Assembly (NCBI GenBank): GCA_016839815.1
Contig: JAEOTM010000057.1
Span: 26,346 to 90,345, forward strand
DNA: 64,000 nucleotides
Direction of reading: 5' to 3'
From: Candidatus Hodarchaeota archaeon
Lineage (GTDB): Archaea; Asgardarchaeota; Heimdallarchaeia; Hodarchaeales; Hodarchaeaceae
Shown here piece after piece: positions 30,990-39,872 of this stretch. The notes under the pieces are model-generated. The model had not been told where the DNA came from, did not search any database, and worked only from the letters and a program-made list of their open reading frames with translations. How positions within the stretch are numbered: the first letter of the stretch is position 1; the number at the start of each line of letters is the position of its first letter. Made by a program: the position numbers and the translations under genes.

Positions 30990-31583
30990 TTGAGGAGAAT
31001 AGACTTGGTTAAAAAAATAACTCGTATCAGTTTTATCGGGCTCTTCGGAGCTTTTATAATCTTAATTGGGGGAATCTTTGTCATCCAAGCAACTTCATCA
31101 CCCTATCAGCTTAATTATCAATCAGCTTCCCAATCAGTGGAACAAGATGCATGCTGTGGACATACAGATACCACAGAACCTGTAATAAGACTTATTACAC
31201 CTGGAAATAATTCAGTTCTTCTAGCTGATTATGTAATTGCATTTGAAATAACAGATGACAATCCTATGGATGATTTACTGCCTACAGAAGTACTATTTAA
31301 TTGGGATGGCAGTAGTAATATCACACTAAACGCTCCATACAATATTAGTATGACAGGTACCGATGGGGAACATGTATTGAATATTTTCGCAACGGATGCA
31401 AAAGAAAATTGGGCTGGAGCAAAATTTATTTTTACAACCACCTCTGATCCAGATGCAGTTGTGATAATAGGAGTAGATTATACAAAAACAACAATCCCAC
31501 GAAGATCAGATGGATTTCTTTTTCTAACAACATTTTCCGTGCTTATTCTTGGTGTGATGTTTTTAACAAAAAGAAAACTTTGA
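30990..31583 (+). CDS. Secreted Ig-like domain protein with C-terminal anchor
   Basis: Signal/TM, DTTEPVI...GEHVLNIFATDAKEN (Ig-like), SDGF plus TM plus KRK. Confidence 0.7.
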   Translation: MRRIDLVKKITRISFIGLFGAFIILIGGIFVIQATSSPYQLNYQSASQSVEQDACCGHTDTTEPVIRLITPGNNSVLLADYVIAFEITDDNPMDDLLPTEVLFNWDGSSNITLNAPYNISMTGTDGEHVLNIFATDAKENWAGAKFIFTTTSDPDAVVIIGVDYTKTTIPRRSDGFLFLTTFSVLILGVMFLTKRKL

Positions 31584-32013
31584 ACTGTATCAAATCTCAT
31601 GTCAATAGTGAATTAGCAATAGTTAATTCACTTTGATCCCTTTTTCCTCAAATATCTTGTATCTTTTCCTTGATTTATAGAAAGAAAAACATCTAAGACA
31701 TGATAATTCTTTAATAAATCCAAAGAAACCACATATACTACAGAAAACGAAATATACATTTGTTAGAATGCGAAATAGTAAAGAAAGTAATTTTTCGTAG
31801 ATTGCCTCCCCTTTTTCAACTTTACAGCCTAATTCATCGGAAGTTGTCCAAAAGTTATCGGGTTGGTTAAAGCATAGGAAAATTAATAAAGCTGGTTTTC
31901 TCCTAGATTGGAGCTGTGTTTGCTAGTGAAATTCTGTTTAAACTGGCAACATTTTAAAAAAATACAAGGAAGAAGATTCTGGTGAATCTTTTTCTCTAAT
32001 GGCGGTATTTTGA

Positions 32014-33423
32014 ATGAACGATGAAAATGATATCTTACTTCGTCAAAGCAAGTGGAATGGACGTAGAGTAGTTTTATTCTACTGGTTTGCCATTGCCTTT
32101 ATGGGTACTGCTGTGGCCGTTGGGTTAGGAACCTCAATTCTTGAACCTACATTCAAGTATGAGGCATTTGACCATAGCACTATCACAGACCCTTGGCATC
32201 CTGAAGACTGTTCTCCTTGTCACGATGAAACAATTGATACATGGAACAACACTTGGCATTCGACCTATGTCGGTGATAAGTTAGTTGTGAATGAAACCCA
32301 TGTCATCCGCTATGGTAACAATCCCTTCATGCCTCCCAGTGTATGGACACTTGAAGAGTTTGCTGCCGAAGGCGGTTGCTGTATGGTAACAAGATGGGAA
32401 AATACTACCCAACCTGGCGATTTAGAACCTTCTGGTGACTTTTGGGATTATGGTATTACCTGTGCTGCCTGTCATGATGAACCTGGAGTTGTTAATGAAG
32501 ATCCTTCCGTCTGTGCTGGTTGTCACCTTCCTGGTGGAAATCAATACGCAGCGTGGGCTCAAAGTGCGCACTCTGATTCACTTGAAGATCTTTTGGCAAG
32601 TCCAGGTGCATCGTCCTACTGTCTTCATTGTATGGCTGGACAAGGTACCTACGCAAACTTAACTGGGGTCGATCCTACTGATTCTAGTCTATCAAGTATT
32701 TACTGTGCTACCTGTCACGATCCTCATGACGCTTCTACAAACTATGATGAAGCATCCGATCATATGGGTCCAAATGGTCATCAATTGAGAGCTGCTACTA
32801 CTAATGAACTTTGTGGAAAATGTCATAGTCAATATGAGTTTATTTCCTCTACGAGTCCAATGAGTATCCATAATGACACTCTGTCGTGTACAGATTGTCA
32901 CGGCTATCGATGGCTCCCAGCATACAATTCTACAGATCGATTCGGAAATCCTGTTGTAGTTCCAGCTGGCTTTGCAAGTATAAACCATACTTGGGAATTT
33001 AGTCCATTCCCTGAGGCTTGTGGTTTATGTCATGGCAATGATAATGCCACAGTTTATGCAACCATGGAAGGTTATATCGGTGATGTTGAAACTTTAATCG
33101 CGCAGTATGATACACTGTTTGAAAACGTTTCAGCAAAAGTCGATGAAGCCAATGATACAAAAGGTGTCGATCAAGCGGAAGTAGACAAAGCCTATGCACT
33201 TCTAGATGAAGCGAAAGACTTGGCTAAAGCATATGATACGGCATTCCACAATCCTGAACTTGCCAAACAAAAAGTACAACTGGCACTGACAAAATTAGAT
33301 GAAGCATATACCATTGCTGTTGATGCAATGGATGCTGCAGATTCAGCGCCTGGATTTGGTTGGATTCTTGGTTTATCTGTATTCGCTGTATTTGCTTTCG
33401 TTATTCGTAAGAAACGACGCTAA
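32014..33423 (+). CDS. Surface multiheme c-type cytochrome with PGF-CTERM-like anchor
   Basis: 7 CXXCH (CSPCH, CAACH, CAGCH, CATCH, CGKCH, CTDCH, CGLCH) plus CLHCM and GGCCM; helical C-terminal domain with FHNP; APGF-TM-RKKRR. Confidence 0.92.
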   Translation: MNDENDILLRQSKWNGRRVVLFYWFAIAFMGTAVAVGLGTSILEPTFKYEAFDHSTITDPWHPEDCSPCHDETIDTWNNTWHSTYVGDKLVVNETHVIRYGNNPFMPPSVWTLEEFAAEGGCCMVTRWENTTQPGDLEPSGDFWDYGITCAACHDEPGVVNEDPSVCAGCHLPGGNQYAAWAQSAHSDSLEDLLASPGASSYCLHCMAGQGTYANLTGVDPTDSSLSSIYCATCHDPHDASTNYDEASDHMGPNGHQLRAATTNELCGKCHSQYEFISSTSPMSIHNDTLSCTDCHGYRWLPAYNSTDRFGNPVVVPAGFASINHTWEFSPFPEACGLCHGNDNATVYATMEGYIGDVETLIAQYDTLFENVSAKVDEANDTKGVDQAEVDKAYALLDEAKDLAKAYDTAFHNPELAKQKVQLALTKLDEAYTIAVDAMDAADSAPGFGWILGLSVFAVFAFVIRKKRR

Positions 33424-33458
33424 GCTAGGGTTGAATAAAAACACTGTACAAGCACAAG

Positions 33459-33495
33459 AACAGTCCTTTTGGACTGTTTCTTTTGTTTTTTTTTT
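33459..33495 (+). terminator. Stem-loop plus poly-T terminator after the cytochrome gene
   Basis: aacagtcc-tttt-ggactgtt followed by long T tracts. Confidence 0.75.
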
Positions 33496-33699
33496 ATTAC
33501 TAGTTGGGGACTGTGAGAGTTATTTTCCTATTTTGTTGCTTAAGTCAAAATCCATGATTTTGAAGCATGAACAATCGTTCATATGATTTCTCACCCCTAA
33601 CCTATCAGTAATCAGTACATAAATAAAATCAACAAATATCTTCCCCAATATCGAGTAAATACACTTTAGAAATTTAAAAATGAAAAAAGATGGAAATCC

Positions 33700-35922
33700 A
33701 TGTCGAAGCAATTATCTCTACGTCCTAATAGAAAAGAATGGGCAATATACTCGTTCCTAACACTCTTCATTCTTGGAGCGTTCCTTCCAAGTTTTCTTAC
33801 TCTTAATTCCTTTCCAACTACTACTAAATCAGAACTAACCCAGTCCTTAAGTCCTTTAGATCATCCAGATCGAACATCTATTGATATTCCCTCTTCCTCT
33901 TTTAAATTAAGTAAGATTTCTCAAGAAGAACCCGAAGCCTACTTTCCTAACTTTCTATATTACTCAATTGAAGTAGCAAATGCCATGATCGATCATTTAT
34001 TTGACAATGACTCTGGTGGATTCTTTACCTCCAAAGATCAGCATTGGCAAGAATCTAGTGTTAATAGTGAAAAAAAGACCTATGACAATGCTCAGGCAAT
34101 CCTTGCTCTTCTCAAACTTGCTGATGCAGTGATAAATAACACTGAGCGAGATTTTGCTCTTGAAATCGCTGATAAAACTGGAACCAACATGATTAATGAA
34201 TTATATGACACAATTTTTGACGGGTTTTTCTTTAGCCAATCTATTCGTTATAAAAGGCCTGGTGTGCAAGGTAAAGCCATCCAAGCTCTCCTTTCTCTTG
34301 CAGAGGCAACTGGAAATCAAACTTATCGAGATTATGCAGTTAGTACGTTTAATTTTATGGATAGATATGGTTGGAATAGCACAGATGGCTATTATTACTA
34401 TATACTTTCACATTCTGGATTTATTCCTGTTGTTAATCCAAGCGCAGAGGATCCTTACGTTCCTTGGGCTCCAAGAGCAGACCATAATGCCATTTTTGGA
34501 GATGCTTTGCTTGATCTTTATGAATATGAATCGAATACAACCTATCTAAATAGAGCCGTTGATATATACAACTTCTTTAACACTACTTGTCGCAATATGA
34601 CAAATGGCTTATTTTATACAGGACTTAATAGTACCTATCATGTGGTCGATCCTGATAGTGCTGATATCTTCATTAATTCTCTTATCCTTGAGTTTCTCGC
34701 CCATTTATATAATGTAACTGGGAACCAAGTGTATTATGATGATTTCTTTCTCCTTCTAAATAGTGTTCTCTTAAATTACTGGGATCAGAGATATGGGGGT
34801 TTTTACGCAACAATTTCTCTGAATACTGGAGGTTCTGTTGATTATAAAAAATATACAGAAAGACAATTTTATGCTATCAGAGCATTAGACAGAGCGTACA
34901 AACTATCGGATAATAGTTTGTTTTATAATCTCATTTTAGATGCATTAGAATTTCTTAATGATAAGCTATACGATAATGATCATGGCGGATATTATCAATT
35001 ATCCAATGAGGATGGGACTGGTGGATTCGAAACATCTTGGAATGATAAGTTTACTGTTACCCAATCACTCTCCATTTATGCCCTCTCAAATCTATGGCTT
35101 TATAGTAAGCCAGGTGTTCTTAATGCATTATGGTCTCCTTCCGCTCCACGGCCAACGGATCCTGTAACTATTCTAATTGCTGCATTTGACTCAGATGGAA
35201 TTTCTAATGTTTTGTTCAACTATTCCATAAATAAGGAGCCATATCATGCAGTCGAAATGGTTCCCCACTCTTTGGTGGGAAACATGTACAATACATCCTT
35301 AGATCCTCACGCTGATAGTACAAGTGTGAATTTCAATATAATTGTTAACGACACATTGGGAAACCAAGTTGTTCGTGGCAATTATTTCTTTGTGTGGCAG
35401 GCTGATCTTTTTCCTCCGAATGTTGTCGAAATTGGTTTTTTTCCATCATTAGAAATCCCTGTACATAAAGAATTTTCGATTACTGTAAGTGCTCAAGATG
35501 TTCCTTCTCAAGGAAGAGTTAGGTACGTACGTATACGCTACCATCGCTCGGGTCAATCTGAGAAGTCAGAATCCCTTGTACAAATTGATACTCATATTTG
35601 GCAGATTACATTCCCAGAAGGTTTACCAACCCCAGGGACTTATGCTTATTACTTTGAATCCACTGATGATATGTTAAATACTGGGTGGAGTCATAAAAGC
35701 TATTTCTATATTCTCGGCCATCAAGAATCCACACCTTTTGAGCTGGTGATTGGTTTGCTAGCCGTTGTAGGTATTTTTATCCCTGCTGGACTATATACAT
35801 ACGTGGAATATAAGAAAAAAGATGCTCGTAAGACTCTCAAGAGCAGAAGAGAGGTTAGATATAGAAAACGAAGTACTTCAAGTATAAATAAAAGAACACG
35901 ACGAGGTACAAAAAGAATATAA
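33700..35922 (+). CDS. Membrane-anchored (alpha/alpha)6-barrel protein (AGE/GH76-like) with Ig-like domains
   Basis: Repeated D...GGF/Y helical units, KxxYDNAQAI, beta-rich C-terminal domains, TM and basic tail. Confidence 0.6.
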   Translation: MSKQLSLRPNRKEWAIYSFLTLFILGAFLPSFLTLNSFPTTTKSELTQSLSPLDHPDRTSIDIPSSSFKLSKISQEEPEAYFPNFLYYSIEVANAMIDHLFDNDSGGFFTSKDQHWQESSVNSEKKTYDNAQAILALLKLADAVINNTERDFALEIADKTGTNMINELYDTIFDGFFFSQSIRYKRPGVQGKAIQALLSLAEATGNQTYRDYAVSTFNFMDRYGWNSTDGYYYYILSHSGFIPVVNPSAEDPYVPWAPRADHNAIFGDALLDLYEYESNTTYLNRAVDIYNFFNTTCRNMTNGLFYTGLNSTYHVVDPDSADIFINSLILEFLAHLYNVTGNQVYYDDFFLLLNSVLLNYWDQRYGGFYATISLNTGGSVDYKKYTERQFYAIRALDRAYKLSDNSLFYNLILDALEFLNDKLYDNDHGGYYQLSNEDGTGGFETSWNDKFTVTQSLSIYALSNLWLYSKPGVLNALWSPSAPRPTDPVTILIAAFDSDGISNVLFNYSINKEPYHAVEMVPHSLVGNMYNTSLDPHADSTSVNFNIIVNDTLGNQVVRGNYFFVWQADLFPPNVVEIGFFPSLEIPVHKEFSITVSAQDVPSQGRVRYVRIRYHRSGQSEKSESLVQIDTHIWQITFPEGLPTPGTYAYYFESTDDMLNTGWSHKSYFYILGHQESTPFELVIGLLAVVGIFIPAGLYTYVEYKKKDARKTLKSRREVRYRKRSTSSINKRTRRGTKRI

Positions 35923-35940
35923 AACTTTGGAGATATTACA

Positions 35941-38289
35941 ATGATTTACATTGGTTTTGGAACGTTTGGTATAGATTTAGGGGCGATTATTCTAGTCATC
36001 AGCTTAGTTGCGTTTATTCTTGATGCCGTATTTGTCTTACTTGGTAAATATGTTGAAAAATGGGAAATATATTCTGAGATGAGTTTGTCTACTGGGATGG
36101 TTGCCCTTCTCATTGCATTTCTTTATTTCGCTTTTTCTGTCGTGACAAACGATTATACCTTTTTCTATGTCAGTGAATATGTAAATAATGATATGGATTT
36201 CTTCTTCAAATTATCCGCCCTCTGGAGTGGACAAGCAGGAAGTTATTTCTTTTGGGCATTCCTTATTGGTGTAGCCTACTATATCTTCAGATTGCTATTT
36301 CGTGAATATGCTCATGAACCCCTCTTTTGGCGAGCTTTTGCATTAGCTGCAATTCAAGTTGCTGTGTTATTGCTGTTAGCTGTAATGAGTAACCCTTTCA
36401 AGCTAAATAAATCCATTCGCTCGGATGGACTTGGACTTAATCCCTTTTTAATGAATATCTGGAATGTTATTCACCCGCCTGTTATCTTCATTGGATATGC
36501 TTTATGTTTAATTCCCATGGTGATCGCTATTGCTCGAATATCACTGCTTGAAGACGGAAAGGTTCCTGACTTCGAAGGTAAACAAAAATTGGACTCTTTC
36601 TTTGAATTTACAGTCTCTGCTGCTTGGTTAATCTTGAGTTCTGGAATCATTGTTGGGGGGTACTGGGCATATATTACCCTTGGATGGGGTGGATTCTGGG
36701 CCTGGGATCCTGTAGAAACAGCCTCCCTTGTTCCTTGGTTATTTATCACACTCTATTATCACGGAAAACCATTTTTACGGAAACATGAATATTTAAATAA
36801 CTATATTGTCAGTATGAGCTACGTGGGTGCATTATTTGTTACATACATTACACGGGGTGGAATAATTAATAGTGTCCACGCTTTCGTTCCAGGAGCAGGA
36901 CTTGAAACAATATTAGAACACCCATTTTCAATCTTGAAAGACATCCCATTCTTGGATATACTCCATCCATTACTCAAGGATATTCCTTTTATTCCTAGAA
37001 ATAGTTTCATTATGAGCTTTATTCTCCGATTCATTCCTGAAGAACGAATATTGATTCTTTTCATACTTATTCTTACATCATTTCTCCTTCCTCATATCCT
37101 TGGATTTACTAGAAGAGAGATAGGTACAATTCCCAGATTAATTGGAAGAGATGACTTAAAAGCTTCTCGTACGCGAATGACTGCCATAAAAATATCGTTT
37201 ATTGCAGGTTTAATTGGCACTTATGTTATCGTTTTTGCTCTGATTACTCCTGTTATCTATGATATGTTGGGATATTTAGTCACACTCAGCAATGATGGTT
37301 TCAATGGAAGAATTATCATCGACAAACCGATTTACAATACAATAATTGCAGTGTTTGGAGGTGCTATGCTACTTGCTCAATTCTTCTGTACGTTTTTCCC
37401 ACGAATATCCATCAACAGAAAATTCCAATTATTGACTGGAGGAGTCGCTGCAGGTATTATTTTCTCTGTTACTGGCTATTTCTATAGGACGGGCTCATTC
37501 AAATCTTTCTTTAGCTCTAGTAATCCTATTGTATCCATTTTAAGTAACTTCTGGACCTCAAGTGAAAAAGCAAACTTAGTTCTACCCTTAATCATTATTG
37601 GGATTATTGGATTAATCTGGGAGTTTATTCAGGTGGCTTTGAAAGAAGAAAAACATTTTATCCGGAAAACTTCCCAAGTAATGCTCCACTTGTCCTTTCT
37701 AGTTATTATTCTTGGTGCTTTAATGAGTGCAAATATGACCAATTCGCAATTAGTTATTGGTTATAATGGTGATCAGATTGAAATTACTGGTTCTTCATTA
37801 ACAATAACGATCTTAGATTTAGAAAGGATTATTCCTGAATCTGGACAACATAGTGTTGAATATAATACACGATTTATGATATCCTCAGGTTCAAATGTGA
37901 TTGGATTTGGAATTAGCTCCCTTTATTGGGATACGGCCTATGAAAGGTTTGGGATCAACAATCGTCAAGGACAGGACGTGACAATTATCACCAATTTATT
38001 CTCCGACATTTATGTTGTGTCAGTTTGGGATCCCAATTTAGATTTAAACCTATATAATCATCCTCTCTTTGGTTTCACTGGTGTTGCACTGCAGGTCAAG
38101 ATCATCCCATATGTGAATATTCTCTGGGCTGGATGTATTCTATTGCATTTTGCTATCATCCCCCTGACGGTGGGAAGATTTTTTTCTTTGAAAGATATTA
38201 TGAAACCCAAGGATGAGCAAGAGAAAAACATTAAACAAAATGAAGGAGACGGAACGAATTCAGCAAATGGTGATATAAAAAATGGCTAG
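35941..38289 (+). CDS. ccmF: Cytochrome c heme lyase CcmF
   Basis: WSGQAGS, GLNP...IHPP, WAYITLGWGGFWAWDPVET, SVHAF. Confidence 0.93.
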   Translation: MIYIGFGTFGIDLGAIILVISLVAFILDAVFVLLGKYVEKWEIYSEMSLSTGMVALLIAFLYFAFSVVTNDYTFFYVSEYVNNDMDFFFKLSALWSGQAGSYFFWAFLIGVAYYIFRLLFREYAHEPLFWRAFALAAIQVAVLLLLAVMSNPFKLNKSIRSDGLGLNPFLMNIWNVIHPPVIFIGYALCLIPMVIAIARISLLEDGKVPDFEGKQKLDSFFEFTVSAAWLILSSGIIVGGYWAYITLGWGGFWAWDPVETASLVPWLFITLYYHGKPFLRKHEYLNNYIVSMSYVGALFVTYITRGGIINSVHAFVPGAGLETILEHPFSILKDIPFLDILHPLLKDIPFIPRNSFIMSFILRFIPEERILILFILILTSFLLPHILGFTRREIGTIPRLIGRDDLKASRTRMTAIKISFIAGLIGTYVIVFALITPVIYDMLGYLVTLSNDGFNGRIIIDKPIYNTIIAVFGGAMLLAQFFCTFFPRISINRKFQLLTGGVAAGIIFSVTGYFYRTGSFKSFFSSSNPIVSILSNFWTSSEKANLVLPLIIIGIIGLIWEFIQVALKEEKHFIRKTSQVMLHLSFLVIILGALMSANMTNSQLVIGYNGDQIEITGSSLTITILDLERIIPESGQHSVEYNTRFMISSGSNVIGFGISSLYWDTAYERFGINNRQGQDVTIITNLFSDIYVVSVWDPNLDLNLYNHPLFGFTGVALQVKIIPYVNILWAGCILLHFAIIPLTVGRFFSLKDIMKPKDEQEKNIKQNEGDGTNSANGDIKNG

Positions 38290-38674
38290 TACAAAAAATA
38301 TCATCTTAGCGGGTGGTATAATCGCATTATGCGCTGGTTCACTATTTATCTTATTTGTTGGATCCTCAGTTCCGATCTACAGTGTGAAGGAATTAATGGA
38401 TGATCCAAATGCAGAATCCTATATTGATCGAAGAATTCAAATTGTAGGTAATGTGACTACAATAACAAATATCACCCATTTCACCATTACTGATCCTGAG
38501 ATTGTAGATCCTTCGTTAAAGATTCAAGTTGTAGCACCAGTCACTGTTGTAAGGCCACAAAGATTTGCCCTAGATAAAACAGTAGTGGTGGAAGGAAAAC
38601 TCCTCTCTATTGATGGTATCTGGTTATTCAAAGCTTCCATGATAAGTACAAAGTGCCCATCGAAGTATGAGTGA
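38282..38674 (+). CDS. ccmE: Heme chaperone CcmE (CXXXY variant)
   Basis: N-terminal TM, VVVEG, KCPSKYE. Confidence 0.92.
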   Translation: MASTKNIILAGGIIALCAGSLFILFVGSSVPIYSVKELMDDPNAESYIDRRIQIVGNVTTITNITHFTITDPEIVDPSLKIQVVAPVTVVRPQRFALDKTVVVEGKLLSIDGIWLFKASMISTKCPSKYE

Positions 38675-38775
38675 TCTTAGACATTCAATTGACTTGTCAA
38701 TTACTCTTCCCAGAAGTAAACCTTAATAAATATACTAAATCTGTATTTAATTACATACTAATGGAGCAAAAGACA

Positions 38776-38877
38776 ATGCCTCGACCAGTTAAAAGAGTAG
38801 ACACAGAATCAAAGGAAAAAGCAACTGAAGATGCTGAAAAGAATAAAGACACGGTACCTATTTCAAAACATTATTAA
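38776..38877 (+). CDS. Putative 33-aa charged peptide heading the JAB-E1-E2-E2 operon
   Basis: MPRPVKRVDTESKEKATEDAEKNKDTVPISKHY*. GGAG lies 9 nt before ATG 38776 (alternative ATG 38761) and a TATA-like ttaataaa is at about 38723. Confidence 0.55.
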   Translation: MPRPVKRVDTESKEKATEDAEKNKDTVPISKHY

Positions 38878-38924
38878 CTAGATCTCTTCTTATCTAATTC
38901 TGATCCTTAAAGGGGATTTACTTA

Positions 38925-39872
38925 TTGCATTCATATCAAGGGGAATCCATATTTATCCAAATTGATCAGGATGTGTACGATGAGATGGTTAAGGAGGGTT
39001 TACAGTGGCCACGTATCGAAACAGGAGGGATGCTATTCGGAAATCTCATTGAAGATGAGAATCATTTAGTAATTGAAATTCTTAAAACACAGATACCTTC
39101 CGATGAAAACTGTATCCGTGAATCAGCATATTTTGAGATTAATCCCGATTACGCCAAGCAAATCTTATCTCAGGAAGAACTTGACTATTTAGGGAATTGG
39201 CATAAGCATCCTGGATATGGTGGACCGTCTCATGGTGATCACCAACAGATTCATGATTTTTTCCTTAATAATCCCCACTTAGATGTTATATTGACTTTTA
39301 TCCTAAATTTCCATTCCGAACGAGAGTATGAACCGATAATTGAAGTTTACTTTAGAGAGAAGCAGAATATGGTTGAAACTTCCTTCATCACAAGATCAGT
39401 ACCACCAAGTAATCTTAGTTTTACTCCTACTACTATACATGAACGAACACCAGTAATCAGAGAAAAAGGAGTATCAACGGATATTCTATCGAGAGTAAAA
39501 CACGAATTAGTGAACATTTTTGACCATCTTTCGGCAATTCACGATATACAGGATTATCCTGGTCAAGCTCCAGATGAGAAAGTCTTATCATTCCCCTATC
39601 AATGCCAAATTAGTCATTTAGATCAATTAATATACGTAAATCTTATGATATCAATTTCTTTTCCCCCTGAATTCCCTAAGGGTAAGCTTTACTTTGATAT
39701 TTCATCAGAGGACATGTCAAAAAATTTTACTTTTAAAACTCATACCGCGGAAACCTTAAATGATATGGAACTTGTACATCCATTTCTATCTCTTTTAAAA
39801 TCTGATATTGAAGATGATTTACCTGTACTCCTTGAAAAGCCCTTATGGAGAGTAATACAAAATAATTTGTGA
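38925..39872 (+). CDS. JAB/MPN+ metallo-isopeptidase fused to a C-terminal UBC/RWD-like domain
   Basis: IETGGMLFG...YLGNWHKHPGYGGPSHGD (intact E-HxH-S-D); C-terminal ISISFPPEFPKG. Confidence 0.88.
   Translation: MHSYQGESIFIQIDQDVYDEMVKEGLQWPRIETGGMLFGNLIEDENHLVIEILKTQIPSDENCIRESAYFEINPDYAKQILSQEELDYLGNWHKHPGYGGPSHGDHQQIHDFFLNNPHLDVILTFILNFHSEREYEPIIEVYFREKQNMVETSFITRSVPPSNLSFTPTTIHERTPVIREKGVSTDILSRVKHELVNIFDHLSAIHDIQDYPGQAPDEKVLSFPYQCQISHLDQLIYVNLMISISFPPEFPKGKLYFDISSEDMSKNFTFKTHTAETLNDMELVHPFLSLLKSDIEDDLPVLLEKPLWRVIQNNL

Noticed and set aside
32014-33423. Calling the cytochrome NrfA or HAO
   Set aside because: No CXXCK, and the motif count and spacing differ; only the C-terminal helical HNP region is reminiscent.
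38671-38775. 68-aa version of the peptide ORF starting at GTG 38671
   Set aside because: It overlaps the ccmE stop and spans a promoter-like AT-rich tract. The SD-supported ATG at 38776 is preferred.
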